Under the pieces are notes generated by a model, which did no database searches, was not told the origin of the DNA, and saw only the letters and a program-made list of their open reading frames with translations. DNA of 64,000 bases, taken from an uncultured Gammaproteobacteria bacterium (GTDB lineage Bacteria; Pseudomonadota; Gammaproteobacteria; JAURND01). The stretch is from the NCBI GenBank assembly GCA_963714975.1, contig CAVQQD010000001.1, positions 96,001-160,000 of the forward strand, written 5' to 3'. Positions 20,191 through 29,217 of the stretch are shown piece by piece. The position numbers were made by a program, and so were the translations under genes. Every line of letters starts with the position of its first letter. Positions within the stretch are counted from its first letter, which is position 1.

Positions 20191-20430
20191 CTTATTTTGA
20201 TGGCTGGGGTGGGACTAATTGAGCCTGAGCCGCTGGTTGGTCACTCGCCCCAACGGAAGTCCCAGGTTGAAATGAAGCATATACACCTGGTTTGCAGCCA
20301 GTGAGCACTAGCGCTACAACAATTAATAATAGTCTACGCATAAATTAACTCCTTTTTTGGTTGCTAAAATTATGTAAATTTATCATTTTATGATAGTATT
20401 TCAGCTCCTTAACCACTGAGAGCAAGGTCC

Positions 20431-21999
20431 ATGCAATCGCCCCTAGCACCAGAAGAAAAATCAAATTCTTTATACACCTCTGAACAAATAATGCAAGCCA
20501 GAGCAAGCCGGGCGAAATGGGCCAGTCGTTCTTTGCGGTATTTAAAAAAATATAAACCTGCTGATTTCGTGGCAAGAAAGCAATATTGGTATGGACAAGC
20601 AATTTTCTTAGACGCACTTTTCCGTAACCTGGGGGGTTTTTGTGAACAGAAATTCGCAGACCCTAAAGCAGCTCTCGATGCTCGCATTGCCCAATGTCTT
20701 GATGATCCAAAATCCTTAGATATCTTTATTAAGTATGTAGAGGATATGCACGCTCAGGATCCAAAAAAATTAAAGGATCTAAAAGAGGAAAAAAATAATC
20801 CAGTAAAAAATCAACTCTTCCGTAATGCAAACATTATTGCGATAGTGACAGAAATCAGTAGCCGCGGTGAATTGCCCGTTGTAGGTGCTGCTGCTAATTC
20901 AAATCGCGATGGTTCGGCCAAATATTTTAAAGGCTCTCTGGAAGAACTACTGTGTCGGCATACCAACTCGATGTTTGCCCTAATGACTCATTTTAAGGTG
21001 GAAAATAACCCGGAACAAACCAAGGAATTTCAACGTCGCTACGCCCGCCTCTGTTTTCGAATCTTGCAGAAGGTTTTAAAGCAAGGGGACCCTTATTTGG
21101 AAAGTCATGTTTTTTTGCAAGACTTGGTTACGGAACGGGGAGATGCTAAAGGTACCAGCACTCCCTCCGAACCTATTTTTTTTGATTTTGAAAATACAGT
21201 GTATGAAGTACCTGCTGGGTCTGGACATGCCAGCTTTTGCCAATTTGTGCCCGAGGTTTGTGGCAAAGCCGAGGATTTAACCAAAGCCTTAAATGAGCCT
21301 GAGCCTCCTCCCACTTCCCCCATAGTACTTATTTCTACCGCAGCGCCAGATCGACGTAGGCTGGAATCTAATTTCGATAAACGATGTAGTACAAATCACT
21401 TATTACAAACACCAGAAAAAGACTCGACACTCCAGGAGATGATTGTAGGTGGAATCAATTTTCAGTGTACCAAAGCTCTAGAATTAAAAGCCCAGGGTCA
21501 AAAACCTCATGTGGTATTTGTATTGCCAGGGTGTGGCGCTTTTGCTAATCCGCTGCACAAGACCGCAGATATTTTTGTTGCTGCAATAAAGAAACACCGT
21601 GAAGAATTAGAGGCTAAGGGTATTCCTTTTTGCATTGTAGAGCTGAATCGATTCACCTATGCGGCGTTATATAATGCTTGGCATCATCCCGGAATGAATC
21701 AAGAAATTGCTCAACAGAATGCGAAAAAATATGCCGTCTTATATGGCCTACTGGGATTTTTTTCTGGAACTGTTATAGCAGGCGGCTGGAGATGTTATGT
21801 ACATGGTTTAGAGGCAATTAACGTTAAGGATTTTGCAGCCAACATAAAAGAATGGCCACCGGTTTTTTATAATACCCTGGCTATCATGGGCGGGATTTTA
21901 GCTGCTTCCGCGCTGCTAACTCTTTTGATTTATTATCGTAAGAAACCAATCCCTTATGAAGAGATCAAGTTTTCACCTGAAACAATCATAAAAAATTAG
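20431..21999 (+). CDS. Putative PARG-like macrodomain (DUF2263/TIGR02452-like) protein with two C-terminal TM segments
   Basis: AANSNRDG...GSLEELLCR, STAAPD and PGCGAFANP match the bacterial PARG motif order; hydrophobic segments at about aa 434-452 and 482-501. Confidence 0.65.
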   Translation: MQSPLAPEEKSNSLYTSEQIMQARASRAKWASRSLRYLKKYKPADFVARKQYWYGQAIFLDALFRNLGGFCEQKFADPKAALDARIAQCLDDPKSLDIFIKYVEDMHAQDPKKLKDLKEEKNNPVKNQLFRNANIIAIVTEISSRGELPVVGAAANSNRDGSAKYFKGSLEELLCRHTNSMFALMTHFKVENNPEQTKEFQRRYARLCFRILQKVLKQGDPYLESHVFLQDLVTERGDAKGTSTPSEPIFFDFENTVYEVPAGSGHASFCQFVPEVCGKAEDLTKALNEPEPPPTSPIVLISTAAPDRRRLESNFDKRCSTNHLLQTPEKDSTLQEMIVGGINFQCTKALELKAQGQKPHVVFVLPGCGAFANPLHKTADIFVAAIKKHREELEAKGIPFCIVELNRFTYAALYNAWHHPGMNQEIAQQNAKKYAVLYGLLGFFSGTVIAGGWRCYVHGLEAINVKDFAANIKEWPPVFYNTLAIMGGILAASALLTLLIYYRKKPIPYEEIKFSPETIIKN

Positions 22000-22001
22000 G
22001 C

Positions 22002-22137
22002 AACTCCCCAGATGTCATCCCGAGCGAAGCGAGGGATTCTCATGAATGTGGCAAAGCATACGGTAAAAAAATCTGTATGAGACTCTTCTTTGAACAACGA
22101 GATCCCTCGCTTCGCTCAGGATGACATCTGGAGAGTT
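22002..22137. repeat. Palindromic element with 36-bp inverted arms (GTCATCCCGAGCGAAGCGAGGGAT type)
   Basis: AACTCCCCAGATGTCATCCCGAGCGAAGCGAGGGAT and ATCCCTCGCTTCGCTCAGGATGACATCTGGAGAGTT lie between convergent genes. Confidence 0.85.
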
Positions 22138-22659
22138 ACAAAATTAGTTAATAACGGTTTTAGCTTAAATAAAATTTGCTTTTCAGTGACAGCGCCAAAA
22201 TAGCGAGAATCCCAGGAATTTTCAGCATTGGTACCAATAACCCAATAACCCTGCGTGGCTGCATAATGCCCTCGGGGATAAGCAGATAATTTCCTGCCTT
22301 AAGCAATCTATGCTTTGGGTTTTATAGGGATATTTGACCTCATTAATTACCATGTATTGATTAGTAAGAACAATATCATCTCCTGGCACGGCAATTACTT
22401 GCTTTATCAACGGAATGTGCCCACCACATATTCTTCCAGGCTCAAGATATAAATTCTTTAATCCTAATGTCTTATAAGGTTCTTTTAAACAAAAAAATAC
22501 TAGGTCGCCCCTGTGAATTTGGCCGTAGGTTCTAACATACAGCCCTGGCTTCATGCTCGGAGTAATATTAATTTTTATGCCTACAAAATAACTAGTGAAC
22601 ATTATTCCTAAGAAAATTATTGAAACAAATAGTGGAAATTTTTTTTTAAGTCGCAACAT
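22116..22659 (-). pseudogene. traF: Conjugative-transfer S26 peptidase TraF, frameshifted near 22290
   Basis: INITPSMKPGLY and LIKQVIAVPGD; the C-terminal NSWDSRYFG motif continues in another frame at about 22190-22230. Confidence 0.8.
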
Positions 22660-22737
22660 TAAAGAACATTTTCATTAAGGTTTTTTTAGGGTACAGTATC
22701 GTTCAGTCAATTCAAACTAAGTAGAAGCGCCAACATT

Positions 22738-23724
22738 ATGACTAGTTACTTTGATTACAATACAATAGGCTTTAATCCTTATCAAGTGTTTACCATCTAC
22801 CCTACCGAATTAAGCCTATTTGGTTCTCATACATTTCATGAGCTCATGATTGCAGATAAAGTACGCATGAATGCGTATAAAAATGCTATTAAGCAAGCAG
22901 GCAAGGATCACCCCCAAGCAATTTGGATAGATGTAGGCGCAGGTCTTGGTCCATTGTCACTGTTTGCGGCAAAGTGGTCAGATCCTAAAAAAATATATGC
23001 CATTGAACAAGCAGAATCAGTGGTTACTTTAGCAAGGAAAGTTATTAATTCACAACCAACTTTGCTCCGCGAAAAAATTGAGCTTCTGCAAGGATCATCC
23101 CTAGACATAACATTGCCACAACAAGCGGATATCCTGCTGACTGAAACCATCGGAAATTTTGGGATCGAGGAAGGAATGCTACAGTTATTAAACGATGCTA
23201 AAAAACGATTTTTAAAACAAGATGCCATTATCATCCCCTCAGAAATCGAATTTATTATCGCCCCCATTGAATCTAACCGCTGCTATCAGCGGATAAATTT
23301 TTGGAAAAAGCTACACTGTGGATTAGATTTTTCAGCAGTCGTTCCCCATGCCGCTTCCACAGTGTATCATCATCGCGCCCTCCCAACAGAGCTGCTCGGA
23401 CCTCCGCAAAAAATGGGGAGTATCGAATTTACTAGCCCCAAGATAATTGAGGAGCGTATTTTTCTAAATAGTTCTCACATTATCACTCGCCCAGGTACTT
23501 TGCATGGCTTTATTGGTTGGTTTAAAGCACATTTGTATGGGAATACATTTCTAAGTAACACCCCATTAACAAAGCATACGCCATTTAATTGGACCCAAGC
23601 CTTTTTCCCTATAGCAGGAATTGAAAATAAATCCCTTAAAATAAAAAAAGGACAACTGATTGCATTTTCAATAGACTGGAACCTCGTAAATAATCAGCTG
23701 CATTGGAACTGCGAGTTGCAATAA
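22738..23724 (+). CDS. PRMT-like (protein arginine methyltransferase-type) SAM-dependent methyltransferase
   Basis: HxxMxxDxxRxxxYxxAI helix, DVGAGLG, YAIE, double-E loop ETIGNFGIEE, HGFIGWF and a THW-like FNWTQ. Confidence 0.8.
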   Translation: MTSYFDYNTIGFNPYQVFTIYPTELSLFGSHTFHELMIADKVRMNAYKNAIKQAGKDHPQAIWIDVGAGLGPLSLFAAKWSDPKKIYAIEQAESVVTLARKVINSQPTLLREKIELLQGSSLDITLPQQADILLTETIGNFGIEEGMLQLLNDAKKRFLKQDAIIIPSEIEFIIAPIESNRCYQRINFWKKLHCGLDFSAVVPHAASTVYHHRALPTELLGPPQKMGSIEFTSPKIIEERIFLNSSHIITRPGTLHGFIGWFKAHLYGNTFLSNTPLTKHTPFNWTQAFFPIAGIENKSLKIKKGQLIAFSIDWNLVNNQLHWNCELQ

Positions 23725-23730
23725 CAAGAA

Positions 23731-24397
23731 TTACTTCGTGGTAGATTGCTTAGTTCTGTAAGCCTGGCCTGGATGCTCTAGCATTTGAGGATATTTGTAT
23801 TGGAGTAATCCCTCTTTTGTCATAGGTGTGAGATATTTACGCACCAAGCGTTTTTTATCTCTCTTTAAAATTGCCGCAAGCTCACTAGTCGTCATTTCTT
23901 TCCATTCACATAGAGCAATTATCGCCTCCCGAAGCTTAGTAGATGGCACTTTTTTTCCTAACTGAGTAAGGATGAATTGTAAGTCATCAGGTAAGTTGCA
24001 GAATTCCTCAAGCTGGTGTCCTTTGCCCTCAAATTGGTGTTGTTCTTTTAAGGGGGCAAGTAGTTGTTCCGTTGGCAGATAATAGGTTTTAGAGCCTTGA
24101 TTTTTTGCTTCTAATAGGCCTAAGTCCCTTAAATTGCGCAAAGAAGCACTAGCAGTCAAAGTGTCCACTTGATTAATATTGCGATAGGCATTGTTATTAA
24201 TAGCACCCACTTCTTTAGTGAAGACAAGTGCCCTGGCTTGTTCATCTGACAATTGCAACGATCGAAAATTTGCTAACCATTGCAAATCTTCTTCCCCTAA
24301 AAAATGATGAAATAAAAAAATGGTGGTGAATAAATCACGGCTTCTATCCGATTCGAATAACGGCGGAGATAAACCCATTTTTTGCATGTTTTCACGC
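23731..24397 (-). pseudogene. C-terminal fragment of an ATP-binding/RecG-C-like transcriptional regulator with HTH domains
   Basis: GLSPPLFESDR, GAINNNAYR, LRNLRDLGLL and HPGQAY; the 5' part is lost at the IS right end (24398). Confidence 0.65.
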
Positions 24398-24585
24398 TTG
24401 ACTTCCTTGTCCTAAAGGGCGAGGTTTCCTACTGCGGTTACGCAACCTGTGCGCAACTCGCTTCGGTGGGTTCTTGCTTCCTCGAGCGACCTGACTGCGT
24501 CTTCTCTCCACAAGCTACGCAAGCGTTTCATGCAGCTATTATATTCTGGTCTATGCCAAACTCAATACAGTAAAGAGCGAATCCA
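24398..24585 (-). mobile_element. tnpB-deleted derivative of the 6445-7854 element: promoter region fused to the omegaRNA/right end
   Basis: Matches 6445-6574 joined to 7691-7750; about 1.1 kb of tnpB is removed. Confidence 0.9.
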
Positions 24586-24609
24586 CTACTTATGTGGAGC
24601 TCCACATAA

Positions 24610-24858
24610 GTGATTGACCTTGGTCTTCCGGATATGAGTGGCTTAGCATTAGCGCGAATTATTCGCAGGTTTCCAGATAAAATCGGCGCGCTACCAATTA
24701 TCATTTTAACCGCACATGGCACTGAAGCACATAAAAAAGAAGCTCGGGAGTGCGGTTGTAATGGCTTTTTGTTTAAACCACTGCTCGGAGAAGTATGCCA
24801 GGAATTGGTTAACAATTTAGTAGCATCCTATGACAAAGATTATTTTATGGAAAACTAG
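24610..24858 (+). pseudogene. Response-regulator receiver domain, N-terminally truncated
   Basis: IDLGLPDMSG, IIILTAH and FLFKP. Confidence 0.75.
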
Positions 24859-24883
24859 GCATGTCGTGAATTAGCCCCCCCTA

Positions 24884-25062
24884 CGTCGTCCCGCGGCTTG
24901 TCCGCGGGATCCAGTTACAGGCAGAGCGGTCTTTATAATCTATCCGATGCATACAACTCATTTAAGGCTCGTCGTCTCGGCATGGATGCCGGGATCCACG
25001 GCGCAGGAAGCGAATCTTTCACATCCTTGTGAACTGGATCCCTGCATCCTGCAGGGACGACG
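24884..25062. repeat. Composite palindromic repeat (GTCGTCCCGCGGCTTGTCCGCGGGATCCAG type)
   Basis: Inverted GTCGTCCC...GGATCCAG and CTGGATCC...GGGACGAC arms with an internal GTCGTCTCGGCATGGATGCCGGGATCCA unit; related unit at 26556-26586. Confidence 0.8.
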
Positions 25063-25350
25063 AATTTGCTCTGGCGGACCTTAAAATGAGATATGTGCAT
25101 CGGATAGCATAATCTACAGATATTGCAATTCCTTTCCTGCATTTAACTTAATTGCTTTGGTTTTGCCGATTTTTATCCGATAATTTTTTTTGATCTAGTG
25201 CTATCGATTCACTATATTGCTCCCTAATCCTTTCCTTTTTACAATATCGGAAGATTGAATAGGTAAGTAAAATTGCTCCAGTCACTAAAAAAGCAGTACC
25301 TAATGATATTGCATATTGATTAGAAAAGTCATTTAAATTTTTAAATTCAC

Positions 25351-26142
25351 CTAAAAATGTTTGACTATCAGAGGCAGCAAATAATACACTTCCACTGCCG
25401 ATTGAAACAGCTCCAAAAGAAAGAAAAGTGCTGTATAATTTAGATAAGAAGAATATAAATTATCTAGCTTAATGAAATTTTTCAAATCCTGGGGTGAAAT
25501 TTTTTGATAAAATTCTTCATAGCTATTTTTTAAACTTTGTAAAAAAGTTGATTGCTCGAGTTCCTTGCGTAAATTTCTTCTTATGTCTGGCTGAATAATA
25601 GCACCAAAATAATTTCCATTTGTATCACTTGACTTGGTGATAGAGATAAAAGAATTAATTGTTAGGTCAGTTTCATTTTCATATTGAGATGGTTTGATAT
25701 TAGCACTCTCGAGCTGTTTTGTAAGTGCAGCGATAAATTTTCCTAAGACTCTTGTCGTTTCTTTTTCATTCTTTTGTATTAAGCATTTTGAATGTAAATA
25801 CAATGTGAATTGACCATGACCATTAAATCGCTCTCGGCTACCTCCATCATCAAAGCTAGACATTTTTCTATCCTTGTCAGGATTAACCCATTTAAAAGCC
25901 ATAACCGTTTGGTTTTTCCCTGTTGCTCGGAAATATTGCTTGTGCAATTCTGCAATTAATTGATTAATAGTTTCAATATTTGTTTTATTGTAACTCTCAC
26001 TGTTAATATTAATTCTTAGTTTAACAGCATTAGTAATTTCTCCGGGTCCTATGTTATAAAAATGTACTTCATCGAAAATACTCAAGGGGACTAAAGGAGC
26101 TGCTTTAGGAGGATTAAAATATCGTCTTTCAAACATTAGCAT
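25351..26142 (-). CDS. Hypothetical AT-rich protein with a C-terminal hydrophobic segment (candidate effector)
   Basis: 263-aa ORF preceded by a PmrA-type box. Confidence 0.6.
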   Translation of the reverse strand: MLMFERRYFNPPKAAPLVPLSIFDEVHFYNIGPGEITNAVKLRININSESYNKTNIETINQLIAELHKQYFRATGKNQTVMAFKWVNPDKDRKMSSFDDGGSRERFNGHGQFTLYLHSKCLIQKNEKETTRVLGKFIAALTKQLESANIKPSQYENETDLTINSFISITKSSDTNGNYFGAIIQPDIRRNLRKELEQSTFLQSLKNSYEEFYQKISPQDLKNFIKLDNLYSSYLNYTALFFLLELFQSAVEVYYLLPLIVKHF

Positions 26143-26202
26143 TTCTCGTGAGTTAAAGGTTATACATTCTTGCCAAAACAGATTTACTTAGTTTTGTCAT
26201 AA

Positions 26203-26235
26203 ACTCTAACATTGCGACCTTAAGTTAACATTAAC
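26203..26235 (-). promoter_or_regulatory. PmrA-type promoter GTTAATGTT-AA-CTTAAGGTC-N7-TAGAGT
   Basis: Tandem 9-mers with N2 spacer, 7 nt from a TAnnnT -10 element. Confidence 0.7.
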
Positions 26236-26699
26236 CACAGGCGACCGGTTTCAAACACCCTCTCTTAAGGCTCACTGCCATTAAGTTAAGCAGGGCAGCC
26301 TCATTAACATGCTGAGGGCAACTCTGCCAGGGCCGGCCAAGTCGGTGAACATGCTAATTTTACTCCATAGGTGTGGGGTGGATGGCAGACGCAGCCGTAG
26401 GGGTGACGCGTGGGGAAACCACGCCGAGCGCAGCGTGCGAGCACGGCGGGTGACCGCGCGGCAGGACCCCGAAGGCGGCGAAGTGGCTGGAACTTAGGAC
26501 TCTCGAGCTAGAATGTAGTAAGGTATAAACTTCAACGTTCATGCGTCTCAATGGCATGGATCCCGCGATCAAGTCGCGGGAAGACGTTTTCGCCGAGAAT
26601 GGTGTTTTCGCCGAGAACAATTGCTGCCCTCCCAACTTTGCTGCTGAAACCTTCAAGAATTAAAGGTATCATAAGCCACAAAAATCGAAGGATATTTCT

Positions 26700-27314
26700 A
26701 TGACTACCAAAACTGCGCCTCCTGTGGTGCTGGCCAGCAGCAATTTAGGCAAGCTACAAGAATTTAAAGAGATCTTAGGCGACGTGCATATTTCCATTAT
26801 TCCGCAGTCGGACCTAGGTGTGATAGAAGTGGAAGAAACCGGTCTGAGCTTTGTAGAGAATGCTATCTTGAAAGCACGGAATGCGGCGAAGCAAACCGGG
26901 CTGCCTGCCTTAGCGGATGATTCGGGATTAGAAGTGGATATCTTAAATGGTGCTCCAGGAATTTATTCCGCTCGTTATGCTGGACCAAAGGCTAATTTCC
27001 CTGAAAATTGTAAAAAACTGCTTAGTGATCTAATTGCTGCAGCAGAAGAAGAGCGCACCGCGCGCTTTCAATGTGTCTTGGCTTTATTGAAACATGCTTA
27101 TGATCCAAGCCCGTTAATTTGCCAAGGAACTTGGGAAGGGCGGATTTTATTTGAGCCACGCGGCAATTTAGGCTTTGGTTACGATCCTTTGTTCTATGTT
27201 CCTACTCATGGTTGTTCTGCAGCAGAACTGCCCTCGAATGTGAAAAATCGGCTGAGTCATCGCGCTCAGGCAATTGCTATACTAATTCAAGGTTTACGGA
27301 CTAAATTTCAATAA
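26700..27314 (+). CDS. rdgB: dITP/XTP pyrophosphatase
   Basis: [32 protein letters not shown] and SHRAQA. Confidence 0.95.
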   Translation: MTTKTAPPVVLASSNLGKLQEFKEILGDVHISIIPQSDLGVIEVEETGLSFVENAILKARNAAKQTGLPALADDSGLEVDILNGAPGIYSARYAGPKANFPENCKKLLSDLIAAAEEERTARFQCVLALLKHAYDPSPLICQGTWEGRILFEPRGNLGFGYDPLFYVPTHGCSAAELPSNVKNRLSHRAQAIAILIQGLRTKFQ

Positions 27315-28435
27315 TGACAGCAACCCCCCAAGATGCAGATGTGCAGAAAGTAAACAACACCCTGCAGTGTCAGGGAGATTGGACTTTAAATCATCTGAAT
27401 CTTGTCATTGCTCAGATTAGAAAAATTAAGCTGACTACGCCTGAATTAACTGTGGCCGGAGAGGCTATTACTGCTATGGACAGCGCGGGTGCTTGGACTT
27501 TAGCGAAAATCCTTTCAGCCCTCCAACAACGTGGCACGAAAATTACTCTGTCCGGCTTTCATGAAAAACACCAAGCGCTACTGGCCCTGGTTGAGAATGA
27601 AGCAGCGAAATTATCCGAAGTTATTCCTCCGCCCGCACAATTACCCGTGCTGGCAAGAATAGGAGTAGCTACCGTAGCGAAGCTAGATCAAGTACATCAA
27701 TTTATTGCCTTTTTGGGCGAAGTAGCGGTCAACCTGTGGAAAAATCTCCATCAACTTCGTTCATTTCAATGGCGCAGTTTTCTAAATACCATCGATGAAA
27801 CGGGCTATCAGGCCTTGCCGATTGTGGCTTTGTTATCCTTTGCTATTGGTATCGTACTTGCCTACCAAAGCGCTAATCAATTAAAAAACTATGGGGCCGA
27901 TGCTTATATCGTCAGCATCTTGGGGATTGCTATTTTACAAGAATTTGGTCCCCTGATTACTGCTATTATCATTGCTGGCCGTACTAGCTCGGCTTTTACT
28001 GCGCAAATTGGCACGATGAAAGTTAATGAAGAAATTGATGCCTTGAGCACCATGGGGCTCTCGCCAATCCGTCAACTCGTATTACCCAAAATTTTGGGTT
28101 TGATTGTTGCTTTACCGCTATTAGTGGTGTGGGCGGATATTTTTGGTTTACTAGGTGGTATGATGGTGACTAAAAATATGCTGGGAATAGGACCCTATAA
28201 TTTTATTCTAAAATTTCCCAAAGTAATTGAGCTCAGCACTTTCGTTTATGGATTAATAAAAGCACCTGTATTTGCAGCAATTATCGCGCAAGTCGGGTGT
28301 TTTCAAGGATTTCGGGTGACTGGAACCTCAGATAGCGTAGGCCGGCAAACTACTAAGAGTGTCGTGCAAGCAATTTTTTTAATTATTATTGCCGATTCCA
28401 TTTTTTCCATCATTCTCCCTTGGCAGAATATTTAA
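27314..28435 (+). CDS. mlaE: MlaE-family ABC permease with N-terminal STAS-like domain
   Basis: MDSAGAW, EFGPLITAIIIAGRTSSAFTAQIGTMKVNEEIDAL and SVGRQTTKSVV. Confidence 0.9.
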   Translation: MTATPQDADVQKVNNTLQCQGDWTLNHLNLVIAQIRKIKLTTPELTVAGEAITAMDSAGAWTLAKILSALQQRGTKITLSGFHEKHQALLALVENEAAKLSEVIPPPAQLPVLARIGVATVAKLDQVHQFIAFLGEVAVNLWKNLHQLRSFQWRSFLNTIDETGYQALPIVALLSFAIGIVLAYQSANQLKNYGADAYIVSILGIAILQEFGPLITAIIIAGRTSSAFTAQIGTMKVNEEIDALSTMGLSPIRQLVLPKILGLIVALPLLVVWADIFGLLGGMMVTKNMLGIGPYNFILKFPKVIELSTFVYGLIKAPVFAAIIAQVGCFQGFRVTGTSDSVGRQTTKSVVQAIFLIIIADSIFSIILPWQNI

Positions 28436-28437
28436 AC

Positions 28438-29217
28438 ATGACAGCGCCTTTGATTGAAATTACTGGGCTCGGGAGTTATATTGGCAATCAATGGGTACAC
28501 AAGGACCTGAATTTAACAGTGCAACGAGGAGAAATATTGGCTGTTGTTGGGGGAAGTGGCACCGGTAAGACTGTGTTGTTACAAACCCTATTAATGCTAC
28601 GTCGCCCTGCTATGGGCAGAATTAAACTATTCGGGTGCGATTTAGCCAAGTGCAATGAAGAGGAAGAATTAAGCATTAAGCAGCGTTGGGGCGTTTTATT
28701 TCAACACGATGCCTTATTTAGCTCGCTGACAGTGCTACAGAATGTGCAATTTCCACTTAAGAATTTTACCGAGCTGCCCTTTTCGGTACAAAAAGAAGTG
28801 GCTTTATTGAAAATTGCGATGGCAGGTTTGCCTATTGCTGCCGCAGAAAAATATCCGGCGGAATTAAGCGGCGGAATGCAAAAACGTGCTGCTTTAGCAC
28901 GGGCAATTGTGATGGATCCAGAGCTGTTATTTTTGGATGAACCTACGGCAGGGTTAGATCCGCAGAGTGCGAGTGCTTTTGATGAGTTATTATTGGAGCT
29001 GCATCGAGGCTTAGGGTTAACCGTGATGATGGTAACCCACGATATGGATTCCATTTGGCGCATATCGGATCGAGTGGCCTTTTTGGGTGACGGTCAGGTG
29101 ATTGCCAGCTTACCCTTAGCTGAGTTAGTGCAGCACCCAGACCCGCGCATTCAGGCCTTTTTCAGTGGCTATCGAGGAATGCGTGGGCAAGAGGGGGGCA
29201 CATGGAACCAAAAGTAA
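28438..29217 (+). CDS. mlaF: MlaF-family ABC ATPase
   Basis: GGSGTGKT, LSGGMQKR and DEPTAGLD; ATG at 28438. Confidence 0.9.
   Translation: MTAPLIEITGLGSYIGNQWVHKDLNLTVQRGEILAVVGGSGTGKTVLLQTLLMLRRPAMGRIKLFGCDLAKCNEEEELSIKQRWGVLFQHDALFSSLTVLQNVQFPLKNFTELPFSVQKEVALLKIAMAGLPIAAAEKYPAELSGGMQKRAALARAIVMDPELLFLDEPTAGLDPQSASAFDELLLELHRGLGLTVMMVTHDMDSIWRISDRVAFLGDGQVIASLPLAELVQHPDPRIQAFFSGYRGMRGQEGGTWNQK

Noticed and set aside
22674-22700. Possible PmrA box upstream of the PRMT-like gene (ATTAAGGTT-TT-TTTAGGGTA)
   Set aside because: The second half-site is weak and there is no -10 at the 7-nt spacing seen at the other sites.
26240-26520. tmRNA, RNase P RNA or SRP RNA
   Set aside because: I could not find the diagnostic motifs (tRNA-like ends and tag peptide, GAGGAAAGUCC, or the SRP GGAA loop context) on either strand.
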